Source: a virus
Taxonomy: Duplodnaviria > Caudoviricetes
Virus record (IMG/VR): IMGVR_UViG_2912649904_000001
Location: 25,860-89,859 of that record
Length of the DNA stretch: 64,000 bases
Direction: 5' to 3' (one strand)
Part shown: positions 18,626-28,488 of the stretch, in pieces
Layout: each line of letters opens with the position of its first letter
Numbering within the stretch: position 1 is the first letter of the stretch
Position numbers and translations under genes: made by a program
The notes under the pieces: model-generated
The model's database searches: none
Told to the model about the DNA's origin: nothing
The model's input: the letters and a program-made list of their open reading frames with translations, nothing else

Positions 18626-20374
18626 TCAGGCGGTCAGGGCCAGGGAGAGCGGGCCACGCCCCTCGGCGAACCGGGACAGCTCCTCGCCGGTGATCGCCTC
18701 GACCAATGCGCAGTACAGGTTCTCGGCGACGCCCGGGGTGACCGCGTTGCCGAGCTGGCGCACCTGATGCCGCTTCGAGCCCATGATCTTGTAGCCCGGC
18801 CGGAAGGCCATCGCCCGTGCGATCTCGTGGGGCTGCAACATCCTGAACAGGACGTCGTCGATGTTGAACTCGCCCTTCACCAGGGCGTATCGGTCGCGGG
18901 TCGGCAGAGCGCCGATCGGCTCGCTGAGTTCCCGGGCCCGGCCGTTGCCGTAGTACGGGACCAGCAGATGGTCAGGCGCGGCCACCAGACCGTGATGGTT
19001 ACCGCCAGCCGACACTGTGTGGAGCGGGGCGCTGACGTGCCGGGCTTTCTCCTTGTCGCCGCCGCCGCGCATGGGGATCACGAAGGGCGGCAGATGAGCG
19101 AGGGCGGTCTCCAGGCGGGCCGTCTGGGTGCGCAGCGGGTCGCCCAAACTCATGGGCTTCTTGCCGTCGCGTCCCTCACAGGGGACCAGGAAGGGCGGGA
19201 CCACGACGCCGTCGGTCTCGACTGTTGTGCGGGTCGACATCGGCCGGTCGAGGGTGACAGCCTTGTCCCGCCAGGTACCGCCGGTCGGAACGAGGAGCGG
19301 GCCGGGGGCGGCCTGCGGGGCGTCATCCACGTCTCCGAACAGCGTTTCCTGTCCGTCGTTCGCCTGCGCTCCCCAGCCCCAGAACTGGGCGAACCCGGCA
19401 CGGGTCCGCGCGATCGTGGCCGGGGCCAACCCCTCGGGGCACTCTTCCGTCTTCGGGCGGTCGCCGATCGGCGTCCCGGGTAGCGACCAGTCGATCGCGG
19501 CAGCCGCAGGGAGCACCATGGGCTCAACGACTGCGCGGCAGGCCTTGCGGGGGCACCTGTAGTCGTAGCTCTGGCGATACCTGCCCATGTCCTTGCCCGG
19601 CTTGCGGAAGACCTGGACGGCCTCAACCTTCTCGTCGCAGTCGAAGCAGAAAGCCGCCGGGCGCAGGATCCACTTGTCCCACTGGGGCGTGCGGCCGATG
19701 CTCCTGTGGATGTAGGCGACGTACAGCCGGTCTCGGCTCTGCGGGATGTGGTCGAGGCTGCGCGGGTCGACGTGCATTGAGTTGATCGCGAAGACCCACG
19801 TGGCGTAGTTCATCTTGTCGAACTCGGCCATCCAGCGGTCCCAGTCGTCCCAGTCGCGGCAGTCGATGACGTTCTCGACAACACCCGCCTTGACCAGGCC
19901 GCCTCGGGCGATCACACCGCGCAGGTACATGGGGACTTCTTCCATGAGGGCGCGCGAGCGCTCCTCTGCCGCCCGCCGCTCCTTGTCGCTCTTGAACTCG
20001 GGCTCGTCGAAGTCAATCTGACCCTGGAGCGTCTTGTCGAAGTCGCGCTTCACGCCCCGCGCCGCCGACCACTTGGGGCACTCCGGGCTGGCCCAGAAGA
20101 TGTCGCACACCGGCCAGCGTTCGACGGGGGCCCGGCGAATGTCACCCTTCCAGACCTCGCAACGCGGGTTGTTCCACGCGTGCGTCGCGAGGGCCACGTC
20201 CCAGTGGTTCGCGGCCCTGGTGACCTGGACGTTGGGGACGGCGTCCGCGCCCTGCGTGTCGCCGCCAGCTCCGCAGAACCAACTCATGACGGTGAGTTCG
20301 CTGCCGTCGTGCTTGTAGGCGCGGGCCGGTCTGCCTGCGGCCCATGCCTGGGTGGTGGAGTCGATATAGGGCAC
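18626..20374 (-). CDS. DNA (cytosine-5) methyltransferase
   Basis: FCGAGG (I), SPEC (IV), ENV (VI), PQSRDR (VIII), QLGNAV (X); Zn-finger insert. Confidence 0.92.
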   Translation of the reverse strand: MPYIDSTTQAWAAGRPARAYKHDGSELTVMSWFCGAGGDTQGADAVPNVQVTRAANHWDVALATHAWNNPRCEVWKGDIRRAPVERWPVCDIFWASPECPKWSAARGVKRDFDKTLQGQIDFDEPEFKSDKERRAAEERSRALMEEVPMYLRGVIARGGLVKAGVVENVIDCRDWDDWDRWMAEFDKMNYATWVFAINSMHVDPRSLDHIPQSRDRLYVAYIHRSIGRTPQWDKWILRPAAFCFDCDEKVEAVQVFRKPGKDMGRYRQSYDYRCPRKACRAVVEPMVLPAAAAIDWSLPGTPIGDRPKTEECPEGLAPATIARTRAGFAQFWGWGAQANDGQETLFGDVDDAPQAAPGPLLVPTGGTWRDKAVTLDRPMSTRTTVETDGVVVPPFLVPCEGRDGKKPMSLGDPLRTQTARLETALAHLPPFVIPMRGGGDKEKARHVSAPLHTVSAGGNHHGLVAAPDHLLVPYYGNGRARELSEPIGALPTRDRYALVKGEFNIDDVLFRMLQPHEIARAMAFRPGYKIMGSKRHQVRQLGNAVTPGVAENLYCALVEAITGEELSRFAEGRGPLSLALTA

Positions 20375-20480
20375 GGTGAAGCTCCTCGTGAAGCTAGGCG
20401 GTTGGCGGCCGGGCGAGCGGGGATTCCCGCCCCCTGCTCACACGGCCGGAGTGGTGAAGGTGGAACCAGTCCCATTCTCC

Positions 20481-20523
20481 CCCAAGTCAACTTTGGGTAT
20501 TCGAGTTTCCAAAGTAAAGTTGG
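20481..20523 (-). promoter_or_regulatory. Motif A, copy 2 (two inverted half copies)
   Basis: CCCAAGTCAACTTTGG...TTTCCAAAGTAAAGTTGG. Confidence 0.7.
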
Positions 20524-20557
20524 CAAAAGAATGGAAGATAATCCCAGGTCAGCGTGA

Positions 20558-21019
20558 TCACGGCAGGGAGAGCGCTGCGGCCTTGCCTAGGTCCAGCCGC
20601 CATACCCGAGTACCGTCACGGTCGGGTAGGCGCTCACTGATCGGCTCCCACACCTCGCGGTTGGTGTCGTCGAGGTACGACGTCCACTCGTTCATGTCGA
20701 GGACCGCATTCATTCCTTCGGTCTGGCCGAGGTCGTCGACGAACGTGCGGCGCTCGCCGGCCGCCATCCAGTACGCGCCGGTCGCGAACAGTGACCCGCT
20801 CCAGGTCTCGGTGAACTCGGCCCATGCGGCATCGAACGGGGCGTCGTGGTCGCAGCCGGTCAGGATGTCGCGGACCGTCGCGGCGGCTACGACAGTCATG
20901 GCGCGACCGGCTCGCTGCTGCGCTGCGTACAGCTCGCGGATCGCCTTGTCTACGGCCCGGGACAGCTCGCGGCCGTCAGGCAGCGGGTAGGCGCGGTTCT
21001 GGGAGCCGTGGGTGGCCAC
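20558..21019 (-). CDS. Hypothetical protein
   Basis: GAGGA RBS; protein-like composition. Confidence 0.65.
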   Translation of the reverse strand: MATHGSQNRAYPLPDGRELSRAVDKAIRELYAAQQRAGRAMTVVAAATVRDILTGCDHDAPFDAAWAEFTETWSGSLFATGAYWMAAGERRTFVDDLGQTEGMNAVLDMNEWTSYLDDTNREVWEPISERLPDRDGTRVWRLDLGKAAALSLP

Positions 21020-21107
21020 GTGGCGTCCTCGTTTCGTCCGGGTGGATGAAGGGGGTGCGGCCCCGGGGCGGGCACGTGGCCCGCCCCGGGGGCCAGGTAT
21101 GCGGTGG

Positions 21108-22181
21108 CTACTCGGCCGGGAAGACCAGGACGTACGCGCCGTCCACGTGCGGCGGTGTGTCGTCGCTCCAGCCGCACGCGGTCAGGTCGTCGCCGGTCGG
21201 ATTGAAGGCGAGCAGCCCGGCCAGCCGGTCGTGGACCTTCTGTGCGACGTCGCTGGGCACCGGAGTGCTCGCCTGGCCCTTGGTGTCGTCGACAAGGAAC
21301 ATCACGAACGGCTCGTCGGCGTGAGGGTCGATGACGATGCCAACCGCGTCGGGGCAGGCCGCGCGGACGTCGTCGACGAGGTACGGCACGGTCTCGGTGA
21401 GCAGCTTCCGCCGCGCGGTGATGAACCGTTCGCGGGCCTTCTCCAGTGGGCCGTCTCCGCACTCCTCGGCGCCGACGGGCGGGAACACGATGCGGTGCAG
21501 TTCGGGCAAGCCGATGTCGCGAGCCGGGCACCATCCGCCGATCTCCAGGTCGGTGTGGCCGTCACGGTGGTCGAGGGCCTTGCGCAGCACCTCGTCCGCC
21601 TCGCCCAGTGTCTCGGTGTCGAACGGGCCGTACCCGTCTTCGCCGTCGCTGTCGTCTCCGGCGGGCCAGCCGGGATGGCCGGTGGCCTCAATGTGGGCGA
21701 TGTGGCCGAGACCGTCCAGGCACAGGAGCGCCGACGTCGCCTCCGGCATCTGGGTGCGGACGATCTCCCCGGCCCGGCGGGCGGACTCGGCGAGTACCTG
21801 CTTCCACGCCTCGAACGTCGCCTTCTTCGTGTAGAACAGCGGGCCGTCTGCGACCTCGTACCAGCACCATTCCCAGCCGCCGATCCAGTAGCGGCCGTTC
21901 TCGTCGGGCTTGACGACGTTCGCGGCGCTGCCGGGCTCATCGTGGAGGCACGACCAGCGGATATGCAGCACGACCGGCACAGGGCCGTCGATGACCTTGA
22001 TCTCGTCAGTGCCGTCGTGCCCGGACCTCTCGGCCAATTCCTTGGTGTGGGCGGCGAGCTGGCGTACGGCGTCCAGCGTGAGGCCGGGCGACAGCCAGCC
22101 GTTCCAGCGGTTCGCCAGGTCGACCAGCGCGGGGTAAATGTGCTCGTCGTCCACGCAGACGAACGTCTCGGTGTAGCCCAT
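21108..22181 (-). CDS. Hypothetical protein (N-domain paralogous to 22271-22723)
   Basis: YPA-VD...GW-P...IGG-WCWY shared with neighbour. Confidence 0.7.
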   Translation of the reverse strand: MGYTETFVCVDDEHIYPALVDLANRWNGWLSPGLTLDAVRQLAAHTKELAERSGHDGTDEIKVIDGPVPVVLHIRWSCLHDEPGSAANVVKPDENGRYWIGGWEWCWYEVADGPLFYTKKATFEAWKQVLAESARRAGEIVRTQMPEATSALLCLDGLGHIAHIEATGHPGWPAGDDSDGEDGYGPFDTETLGEADEVLRKALDHRDGHTDLEIGGWCPARDIGLPELHRIVFPPVGAEECGDGPLEKARERFITARRKLLTETVPYLVDDVRAACPDAVGIVIDPHADEPFVMFLVDDTKGQASTPVPSDVAQKVHDRLAGLLAFNPTGDDLTACGWSDDTPPHVDGAYVLVFPAE

Positions 22182-22270
22182 GACAGGGCTCCCTTCAAGT
22201 GTGAAGTGTTCGCGGTTGTCTGCCGGGCGAGCGGGGATTCCCGCCCCACGCCCGTCCGGCTGCGCCCCGG

Positions 22271-22723
22271 CTACCGCTCAGGGCGGAAGGGGATCTGCGG
22301 GTGGATGCCGTCGGGACCGATCGCGTACCAGCACCACGGGAACCCGCCGATCGCGTACAGCGGTTCGCCCTGGTACTCCGGGTCGTAGTCCCCGCCGTCC
22401 TCGCGGTGGTAGCGGGGCGTGACGATCGTGGTGGCGCCGTCGACGCCCTTGACGGCGATGTCCATCCAGGAGATGACAACGACGAGGCTCCACGGGTCCT
22501 CGTCGACCTCGCCGTCGATGAAGTCGATGGCGTCGATGACGTGGACGGTGTCGATCGCGTCGTGCCCGAATTCGGCTGCGGCGGCCTGGGTGTTGGCGGC
22601 CAGTTCGCGGACGGTGTCCAGGTCGAAGTACGGGCGGACCCAGCCCTCGTCGTGGCGCTCGTCGGCGTCGACGCAGGCCGGGTACTTGTCGGTGTAGTTG
22701 TTGCTGACCATCACGCGGTGCAC
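22271..22723 (-). CDS. Hypothetical protein
   Basis: AAGGGAG RBS; paralog of neighbour N-domain. Confidence 0.7.
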   Translation of the reverse strand: MHRVMVSNNYTDKYPACVDADERHDEGWVRPYFDLDTVRELAANTQAAAAEFGHDAIDTVHVIDAIDFIDGEVDEDPWSLVVVISWMDIAVKGVDGATTIVTPRYHREDGGDYDPEYQGEPLYAIGGFPWCWYAIGPDGIHPQIPFRPER

Positions 22724-22798
22724 GGTGGTCTCCCTTCGGTCATGGGTCGGGCCGGGCGCGCACTGGTCGTGTGCGTCCGGCCCGGGGTGGGTGATTGG

Positions 22799-23236
22799 TC
22801 AGAACTCGAACAGCGCGGGCGGCGCCTGCGGCGGCTGGACTGCTGCGGCGCCCAGTTCGGGCACCTCCTGGCCGGTCTGCTCCGTCCACCACTTCGCGAA
22901 GTGCGTGCGGTGGCACCAGTTGCCGGGCTTGCTGAGCTTGTCGAAGCACAGCAGCACGACCGGCACCTCCAGGTCGTTCGCGCCCGCGATGGCCGTCAGC
23001 TCCTCGCGGATGGCGTCGATGCCCCGCTCGTTCAGCAGCCGCCGGTAGATGAACTCGTACGCGTCCTCGGACTCGATCTTGAGCAGGGACCGTGTGGGCG
23101 TCACAGAGCGCGCGATTCCGCCGAGTTGGTAGGAGAGGGGGAAGCGGGGGTGACCGACCGTGGTACGCACCGGTGTGCCCATGTGCGGGGCGAATTCCTG
23201 GTACGTGCAGGTGGCCAGCTTGATCTGTTCGGTCAC
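22799..23236 (-). CDS. DUF488-like protein
   Basis: P-R-LL...Y...L...VVLLCFD...WCHR motif. Confidence 0.65.
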   Translation of the reverse strand: MTEQIKLATCTYQEFAPHMGTPVRTTVGHPRFPLSYQLGGIARSVTPTRSLLKIESEDAYEFIYRRLLNERGIDAIREELTAIAGANDLEVPVVLLCFDKLSKPGNWCHRTHFAKWWTEQTGQEVPELGAAAVQPPQAPPALFEF

Positions 23237-23294
23237 GTTGATCTCTTTCTGTTGTGCCATCCCGGCCGGGCCAGGCTGGCCCGGCCGGGGGACG

Positions 23295-23519
23295 TTAGCC
23301 GCGGCAGACGCAGGTCTCCTTGGATTCGGAGGGCGTGCCGTAGAGCCGGTTGGAGAGCCGAAGGATGCGGCTCGTGAGTTGACACAGGTCGGAGTTCTCG
23401 TCCTTCTTCTCCTGGCCGGTGAGGGTTTCGCGGAGCCAGGGGAGGAGAAGCCGCATTTCCTCGCCGGTGAGGACGAAGAGGTCACCTTCTTGAACTGCCC
23501 TGGTGGTCTCGCTGTCCAT
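23295..23519 (-). CDS. Small hypothetical protein
   Basis: AAGGGA RBS; first gene after motif B. Confidence 0.55.
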   Translation of the reverse strand: MDSETTRAVQEGDLFVLTGEEMRLLLPWLRETLTGQEKKDENSDLCQLTSRILRLSNRLYGTPSESKETCVCRG

Positions 23520-23547
23520 GGGACTTCCCTTGGGTGAGGTAGTGGGT

Positions 23548-23579
23548 GCAAGATCAACTCTATTGGGTACCCACTATCT
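23548..23579 (-). promoter_or_regulatory. Motif B operator/promoter, copy 1
   Basis: GCAAGATCAACTCTATTGGGTACCCACTATCT, identical to 26153-26184. Confidence 0.8.
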
Positions 23580-23613
23580 CGATCAGGGGAACGGCCCTGA
23601 AAAGCCGGGAAGT

Positions 23614-24441
23614 TTAGGCCGCCGCGAACAGGTCGAGCTGGCGCGGCTGCCGCATGTGCCACTCATGGGTCCTCAGCGGGCCGCCCGGGTAACCGGGCAG
23701 GAACAGCAGGCACGTGCGGATGCTCGTCCCGCATACCGCGAACGAGTCGTCGGGCAACTTCTGGATGTCGCCGCCGACTTCGTCGACCATCTCGCGGAAC
23801 TCCACGGTGGCCTTGTCGCTCCACCACATCAGCCCTTGGCTCATGATCGAGACGAGGATCGAGTTCTCGCCCATGAACCCGATCGCGTGCTTGATGTGGT
23901 CGAGCCCGTTGGCGAAGGGCGGGTTCATCACGAGCCGCTCGAACGGCTCCTCGTAGTCCAGCGGGTCGGCGGCCAGGAAGTCGCCGTGCACCACGCGCCG
24001 CGCGTCGCCCTGCTCGCGCAGGATCTCCACTCGCCGGGAGTCGATCTCGAAGGCGTCGACGATGCCGCCGCGCCGGGCGATCTCGCCAGCCATCGCACCG
24101 GAGCCAGCCGACGGCTCTAGGACCGTCATCCCGGCGTAGATCCCGGCCAGGTCGCAGACCTGCATCACCAGGGCCGGCGGAGTCGGGAACCATCCCTGCT
24201 CATACTTCGACGGGTAGTCGTTCGCTGCGAGGCACTGCCGCATGAACTCCTCGATGCGGTACGGGTAGACGTGCGCGCGGACCGCCTTGCGGCCGTCCCA
24301 GGCGCCGCCCATCTCCTTGAGCACCTTGTTCAACTGCTCGTACACCGGCCGGTCGATCTCGAAGGGCACGCTGACCTGGTCGTCACGGATCACTGTGCGC
24401 GGGTCCGTCAGGACTCGGAGCACTTCGGTTGGGAACTGCAT
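23614..24441 (-). CDS. SAM-dependent amino (N6-adenine-type) DNA methyltransferase
   Basis: WFPTP, VLEPSAGSG, FEID, GDFL, VMNPPF; ends in QLDLF. Confidence 0.88.
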   Translation of the reverse strand: MQFPTEVLRVLTDPRTVIRDDQVSVPFEIDRPVYEQLNKVLKEMGGAWDGRKAVRAHVYPYRIEEFMRQCLAANDYPSKYEQGWFPTPPALVMQVCDLAGIYAGMTVLEPSAGSGAMAGEIARRGGIVDAFEIDSRRVEILREQGDARRVVHGDFLAADPLDYEEPFERLVMNPPFANGLDHIKHAIGFMGENSILVSIMSQGLMWWSDKATVEFREMVDEVGGDIQKLPDDSFAVCGTSIRTCLLFLPGYPGGPLRTHEWHMRQPRQLDLFAAA

Positions 24442-24512
24442 GGGGAACCTCCGCTTAGGGGGCAGCGGCCGGGGCGCGTACGCGAAGCGCCCGGCCCGAA
24501 AATGGGGGTGGG

Positions 24513-25718
24513 TCAGGCGGCGTCGGCCGCGGCCTGCGGGTTGATCTCGATGCCGCCCGCGCGGACGGCGGCGACCGCCTGGGCGTCGCGCAGGTTCTTG
24601 ATGGCCTTGGTCGTCAGGTCCCGCAGGTGCTCGATGCGCGTTCGGTAGCCGACGACGCCGCCGCCGACTCCGGCCAGCAGCAGAGCCAGTTCCTCGGGGT
24701 CGGCCGCGACCAGCTCGGACAGGATCTCGCCGGCCGTGGAGAGCTTGTCGATGCGCTTGGTCAGCCGGATGCGGTCGGCGGTGATCCGCTCGCGCTCCTC
24801 GTCGGTGACGTCGTGCGCACCGGGCAACAACTGCTGCTCGCCGCCCGGCGTCGCGGCGGCCGTCGCCTCGTCGGACAGGACGAAGAACGAGCCCTGCGAG
24901 GTTCGCCGGTCCTCCTCGCTGCGGACGGCCTGAGCGAACGCCTCCGCGTCGCGCTTGGTGGAGAAGTCGCCCCGGGTCCACTTGGCGAGGAACCGCATCT
25001 GGTTCTCGTGGCTGATGTTGGCCACGTACCAGGACACCCCGATGGGCAGGTGGCCTTTGTTGACCGCGTCCTGCAAGGGCTCGGCGAGCTTGAGCAGGTC
25101 GATGCGCCAGCCGATGTACGCGGCGGACTTGCCGGTGCCCTCGGCGACCTCATCGATGGTGTACCCGTCGTCGATGAGCTGCTGGAAGGCACCGGCCTCC
25201 TCCATCGCGGTCATGTCCGCGCGGCCGACGTTCTCCGCGACGGCCCTCATGCGGATCGTGCGGTCGCCTTGCTTGATGCCGTGCTGAACGACGGCGTCCA
25301 GCTCGGTCAGACCCGCGATCTTCGCGGCCCGCCAGCGCCGTTCGCCCATGATGAGCGTGTAGCGCTTGGTGCCCGGGTTGTATCGGACGCTCACCGGCTG
25401 CTGCTGGCCGATCAGTTTCATGGAGCCAGCCAGCTCGCTCAGCTTCGCCGGGTCGAAGTGCTTGCGGGGCTGGTCGGGGTCGGCGTCGATCCGGTCGACC
25501 GGAATCGTCTTGAGAGACGTGCGCACGTGGGCTGCGGTCGCCTCCGTCTGCTCGGCGATCGTCTCGCGGCGCTTGGCGACCTTGGTCGGCGTGACGACCT
25601 TCTTCGCCGGGGCCTTCCGTGCGGGCGCTTTGGTCGCCGCGTTCTTCGGCGCTGCCTTCTTGGGCTCGGCCTTCTTCGCCGGGGTGGCGGTGCTGGCCTC
25701 GGTGGTGGTGGCGGTCAT
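24513..25718 (-). CDS. ParB/Spo0J family protein
   Basis: DQPRKHFD, GQQQPVSVR, GERRWRA, AENVGRADM, HTH. Confidence 0.9.
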   Translation of the reverse strand: MTATTTEASTATPAKKAEPKKAAPKNAATKAPARKAPAKKVVTPTKVAKRRETIAEQTEATAAHVRTSLKTIPVDRIDADPDQPRKHFDPAKLSELAGSMKLIGQQQPVSVRYNPGTKRYTLIMGERRWRAAKIAGLTELDAVVQHGIKQGDRTIRMRAVAENVGRADMTAMEEAGAFQQLIDDGYTIDEVAEGTGKSAAYIGWRIDLLKLAEPLQDAVNKGHLPIGVSWYVANISHENQMRFLAKWTRGDFSTKRDAEAFAQAVRSEEDRRTSQGSFFVLSDEATAAATPGGEQQLLPGAHDVTDEERERITADRIRLTKRIDKLSTAGEILSELVAADPEELALLLAGVGGGVVGYRTRIEHLRDLTTKAIKNLRDAQAVAAVRAGGIEINPQAAADAA

Positions 25719-25775
25719 CGCCTGTCCTCTCGGGTATGAGGGGTTGGTCGGGTGGTGTGTGGTCTGCGCGGGCGG

Positions 25776-26117
25776 TCAGGCCCAGAGGTCCCGCAGGTAC
25801 TCCCAGGCGGAGGGACGGGGGCGGCCGAGGCCGCGCGCCGTGGCCTCCTCGTCGACCGCCGACCAGGCCCAGAAGAAGCCGGGCGTCTCGTCGTCGCTGG
25901 CCTCGCGCTCGCGGGCGACAGCCAGCAGCTCCTCGAATTGGGCGCCGGGCAGGTTCTTGACCAGGTCGCGCACGCGGCGCGCGGCGGCCTCGCCGCGCTT
26001 GTCGCAGGACTCGGTGCACGGGGTACCGGGCTCGACCTCGCAGATCAGGCACCGCTTGTTGAGGTCGGTGGCCTGTGTGTCGCGGCCGATGCTCACGAGT
26101 TCATCGAAGGTGATCAC
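25776..26117 (-). CDS. Cys-rich hypothetical protein (paralog of 26235-26537)
   Basis: TFDELV-GRDT...CxxC...C...C...TPGF-WAWSAV. Confidence 0.75.
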   Translation of the reverse strand: MITFDELVSIGRDTQATDLNKRCLICEVEPGTPCTESCDKRGEAAARRVRDLVKNLPGAQFEELLAVAREREASDDETPGFFWAWSAVDEEATARGLGRPRPSAWEYLRDLWA

Positions 26118-26152
26118 TGGGCCTTCCCTTTCTGCCGATGATGGAGGGGTGG

Positions 26153-26184
26153 GCAAGATCAACTCTATTGGGTACCCACTATCT
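26153..26184 (-). promoter_or_regulatory. Motif B, copy 2
   Basis: 32-bp identity with 23548-23579; TGGGTACCCA palindrome next to TAGAGT -10. Confidence 0.8.
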
Positions 26185-26234
26185 AGTACAGATGGTGAGC
26201 CGCGAAGATCCATGAATTTTCGCAGGTCAGAGCC

Positions 26235-26537
26235 CTATAGGACGAGAGGGACACCCCGGGCGGCGGCCTCGTCGCCGACCGCCGACCAGGCCCAGGAGAA
26301 CCCGGGCGTACTGTCGCCCTCGGCCGCCCGCTTCTGCGCGACGCGCAGCAGCTCCTCGAACTCGACGGCGGTCAGACCGGCGACCTTCAGGCGCACGGCC
26401 TGTTTCGCCTCGCCGCCGCGGTGCTCGCAGTCGACCTCGCAGGGCTCGCCGGTCTCCGCGCCGCAGTCGAGGCAGTCGTCGTCCTCGTGGTATGCCGGTG
26501 TGTCCCGCCCGACCTTCACCAGCTCGTCGAAGGTCAC
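26235..26537 (-). CDS. Cys-rich hypothetical protein (paralog of 25776-26117)
   Basis: GTGA-coupled to DUF3560 gene; same motif pattern. Confidence 0.75.
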   Translation of the reverse strand: MTFDELVKVGRDTPAYHEDDDCLDCGAETGEPCEVDCEHRGGEAKQAVRLKVAGLTAVEFEELLRVAQKRAAEGDSTPGFSWAWSAVGDEAAARGVPLVL

Positions 26538-27940
26538 GACATTTCCTCTTGCTTCGGCTCGCCCTTGGCCGGGGCGGGCACGATCGCGGCGACCTCCCCC
26601 CGACCTCGGCGGTGCTTCCACTTTCCGGTGCGCTCGTATCCGCGATCGGCCAGCAGCTCGTCCACCTGCTTCATCAGGTTCCGCGACCAGGTCGCCCGGT
26701 GGTACTTCTCTCCCTCCGGGGCGGTGATCGTCTCCGGCTTGTGGCCGGGGTGCGGCTGGCTGTTCCCGTTCAGCCACGTCAGCGTGGCCTCGCTGGCGCT
26801 CAACTCGCACTCGATCTGCACGCGCTTCGGAATCTTCGGATCGCTGCGCTTCTTCGGCGTCTTCGGCCTGGCCTTCTTCGCCTCGACCTGCGCCCGGCGG
26901 ATGTCCTCGGCCGGGGCCTGCGCCGACGCCTCGCCGGCCGACTTGGTGCCGGGCACCTTGCCGTCGGCGAGGAACGCGGCCATCGCCTTCTCCGGGCAGC
27001 GGGCGCGCACGTTCGTGTAGTCGACGGTGAAGGTGCCGACCCGGCCACCGTCGAACGTCGCGTCCTCCAGGGACATCACCTGCTTCGGTGCGAGCCGCAG
27101 GTTCCACGCGATCGACAGGCTCTTGGGGTTGACCCGCGCCACCTGGTACCACGAGCTGGTGGTGCGCACGAAGTCGCCAGGAGCGAAGTCGTCCGGCCTC
27201 CAGATCTTCACGCCGTTCGCCTCGGCCTTGGCGACGACCTCCTCCCAGTGGGTGATCTCCTCCCGCAGGTCGCGCATGATCCGACCGTCCCGGTCGGTGG
27301 GCTGCTCGTCGTCGGCGGCACCGCCGTTGCGGCGCTCGATGACGCGCAGCCCGGCCCGCAGATTCTCCAGTCTGCGCAGCGTCCGGTACGGGTCGTTGCG
27401 GTGCTGTTCGTAGGCGGCTGCGGCGTCCGCCCGGTGCTGCCAGTGGCTGGCACGGTCCGCATCCTCGAAGCTCTTGCGCATGTTGGTGTCGATGCGGGCG
27501 GCGTCGCGGCGGGCCTTCCCCTCGGAGTGGTGGCCGACGAGGATCGGCTGCCCGAACTCGAACCGGCGGGAGATGTCGTCCGCTCTCGCGCGGCGCGCGT
27601 TCGAGGAGCTGGCCGCGTTGTCGGCGTAGCCCTCGTACCGCTCGGTGCGGCCCTCGGCGCGCTCGACGCGGTCCGCTTCCGCCTCCGCGAAGGTCCGCCG
27701 CGTCCCCTCGTCGATCTCGACGTTCACAGTGTGCCCGGCCGCCTCCAGCGCCCTCGTCGCGTTCTTGATCCGCCAGGTGTCGGCCTCGTTGTCGCGGGAG
27801 CGCGGGATGCCGAGCGCGCCGATCGACGGGAACGGGCGGAACCCGTGGTTCTTGACCACCTCCCAGACGCCGTCCCCTCTCACGGAGTCGGTGATCAGGG
27901 TGCCTTCCAACCTGCTGTGCGTGATCGTGATGGTCGCCAT
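26534..27940 (-). CDS. DUF3560 domain protein
   Basis: Signature GQPILVGHHSE-K-RR. Confidence 0.85.
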   Translation of the reverse strand: MATITITHSRLEGTLITDSVRGDGVWEVVKNHGFRPFPSIGALGIPRSRDNEADTWRIKNATRALEAAGHTVNVEIDEGTRRTFAEAEADRVERAEGRTERYEGYADNAASSSNARRARADDISRRFEFGQPILVGHHSEGKARRDAARIDTNMRKSFEDADRASHWQHRADAAAAYEQHRNDPYRTLRRLENLRAGLRVIERRNGGAADDEQPTDRDGRIMRDLREEITHWEEVVAKAEANGVKIWRPDDFAPGDFVRTTSSWYQVARVNPKSLSIAWNLRLAPKQVMSLEDATFDGGRVGTFTVDYTNVRARCPEKAMAAFLADGKVPGTKSAGEASAQAPAEDIRRAQVEAKKARPKTPKKRSDPKIPKRVQIECELSASEATLTWLNGNSQPHPGHKPETITAPEGEKYHRATWSRNLMKQVDELLADRGYERTGKWKHRRGRGEVAAIVPAPAKGEPKQEEMS

Positions 27941-27974
27941 GCGGCGACCTCCTCTCTGTTCGATGGGCCGCCGG

Positions 27975-28424
27975 TCAGACGGCCCGGTTGCGGGTCACCG
28001 GCGGCCCCCACACCGCCGGCGACGTCTCGGAGTGCCAGGTGTCGGCGTGGCCGCGGCGGGCCTCGTCGTTGTCGTGGACCGAGGTCCCGCAGACGCACAC
28101 GACGACCGGCTCGGTGGACGCGTCGTCCGCGCGCTGCGCGTCGAGCCGGGCGCGGGCCTCCCGCCGCGAGTCCGCCCATTCACGGATCAGGGCGGTGCCC
28201 GCCTCACCGGCCGCGTCGCCCGGGCTCAGGCCACGCTCGATCCCGGCGAGGTAGGCGCTGGCGATCATCACCAACGCGCTGTCCCGCGTGAACTGCTCGA
28301 CCAGGTCCTCCACTTCCAGGTGCGGCCAGGTGCTGTTGAGGGCCTTCGCCGCGAGCGCGGCGATCCTGCCGGTGGCCTCGCCGAGCCGTTCGACCTCGTT
28401 GGGGGAGAGCTGCTGTCCGGGCAT
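27975..28424 (-). CDS. Hypothetical protein
   Basis: AGAGG RBS; C-terminal CxC...H. Confidence 0.6.
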   Translation of the reverse strand: MPGQQLSPNEVERLGEATGRIAALAAKALNSTWPHLEVEDLVEQFTRDSALVMIASAYLAGIERGLSPGDAAGEAGTALIREWADSRREARARLDAQRADDASTEPVVVCVCGTSVHDNDEARRGHADTWHSETSPAVWGPPVTRNRAV

Positions 28425-28488
28425 GCGCGACCTCTCTTTGGGGCGTGGTGAGGGCGGGGCCGATCGGCCCCGCCCGGTGGTCGGCTGG

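Noticed and set aside
13295-25718. Two ParB-like genes as evidence of a plasmid prophage
   Set aside because: No ParA or plasmid Rep seen, and an intact integrase is present
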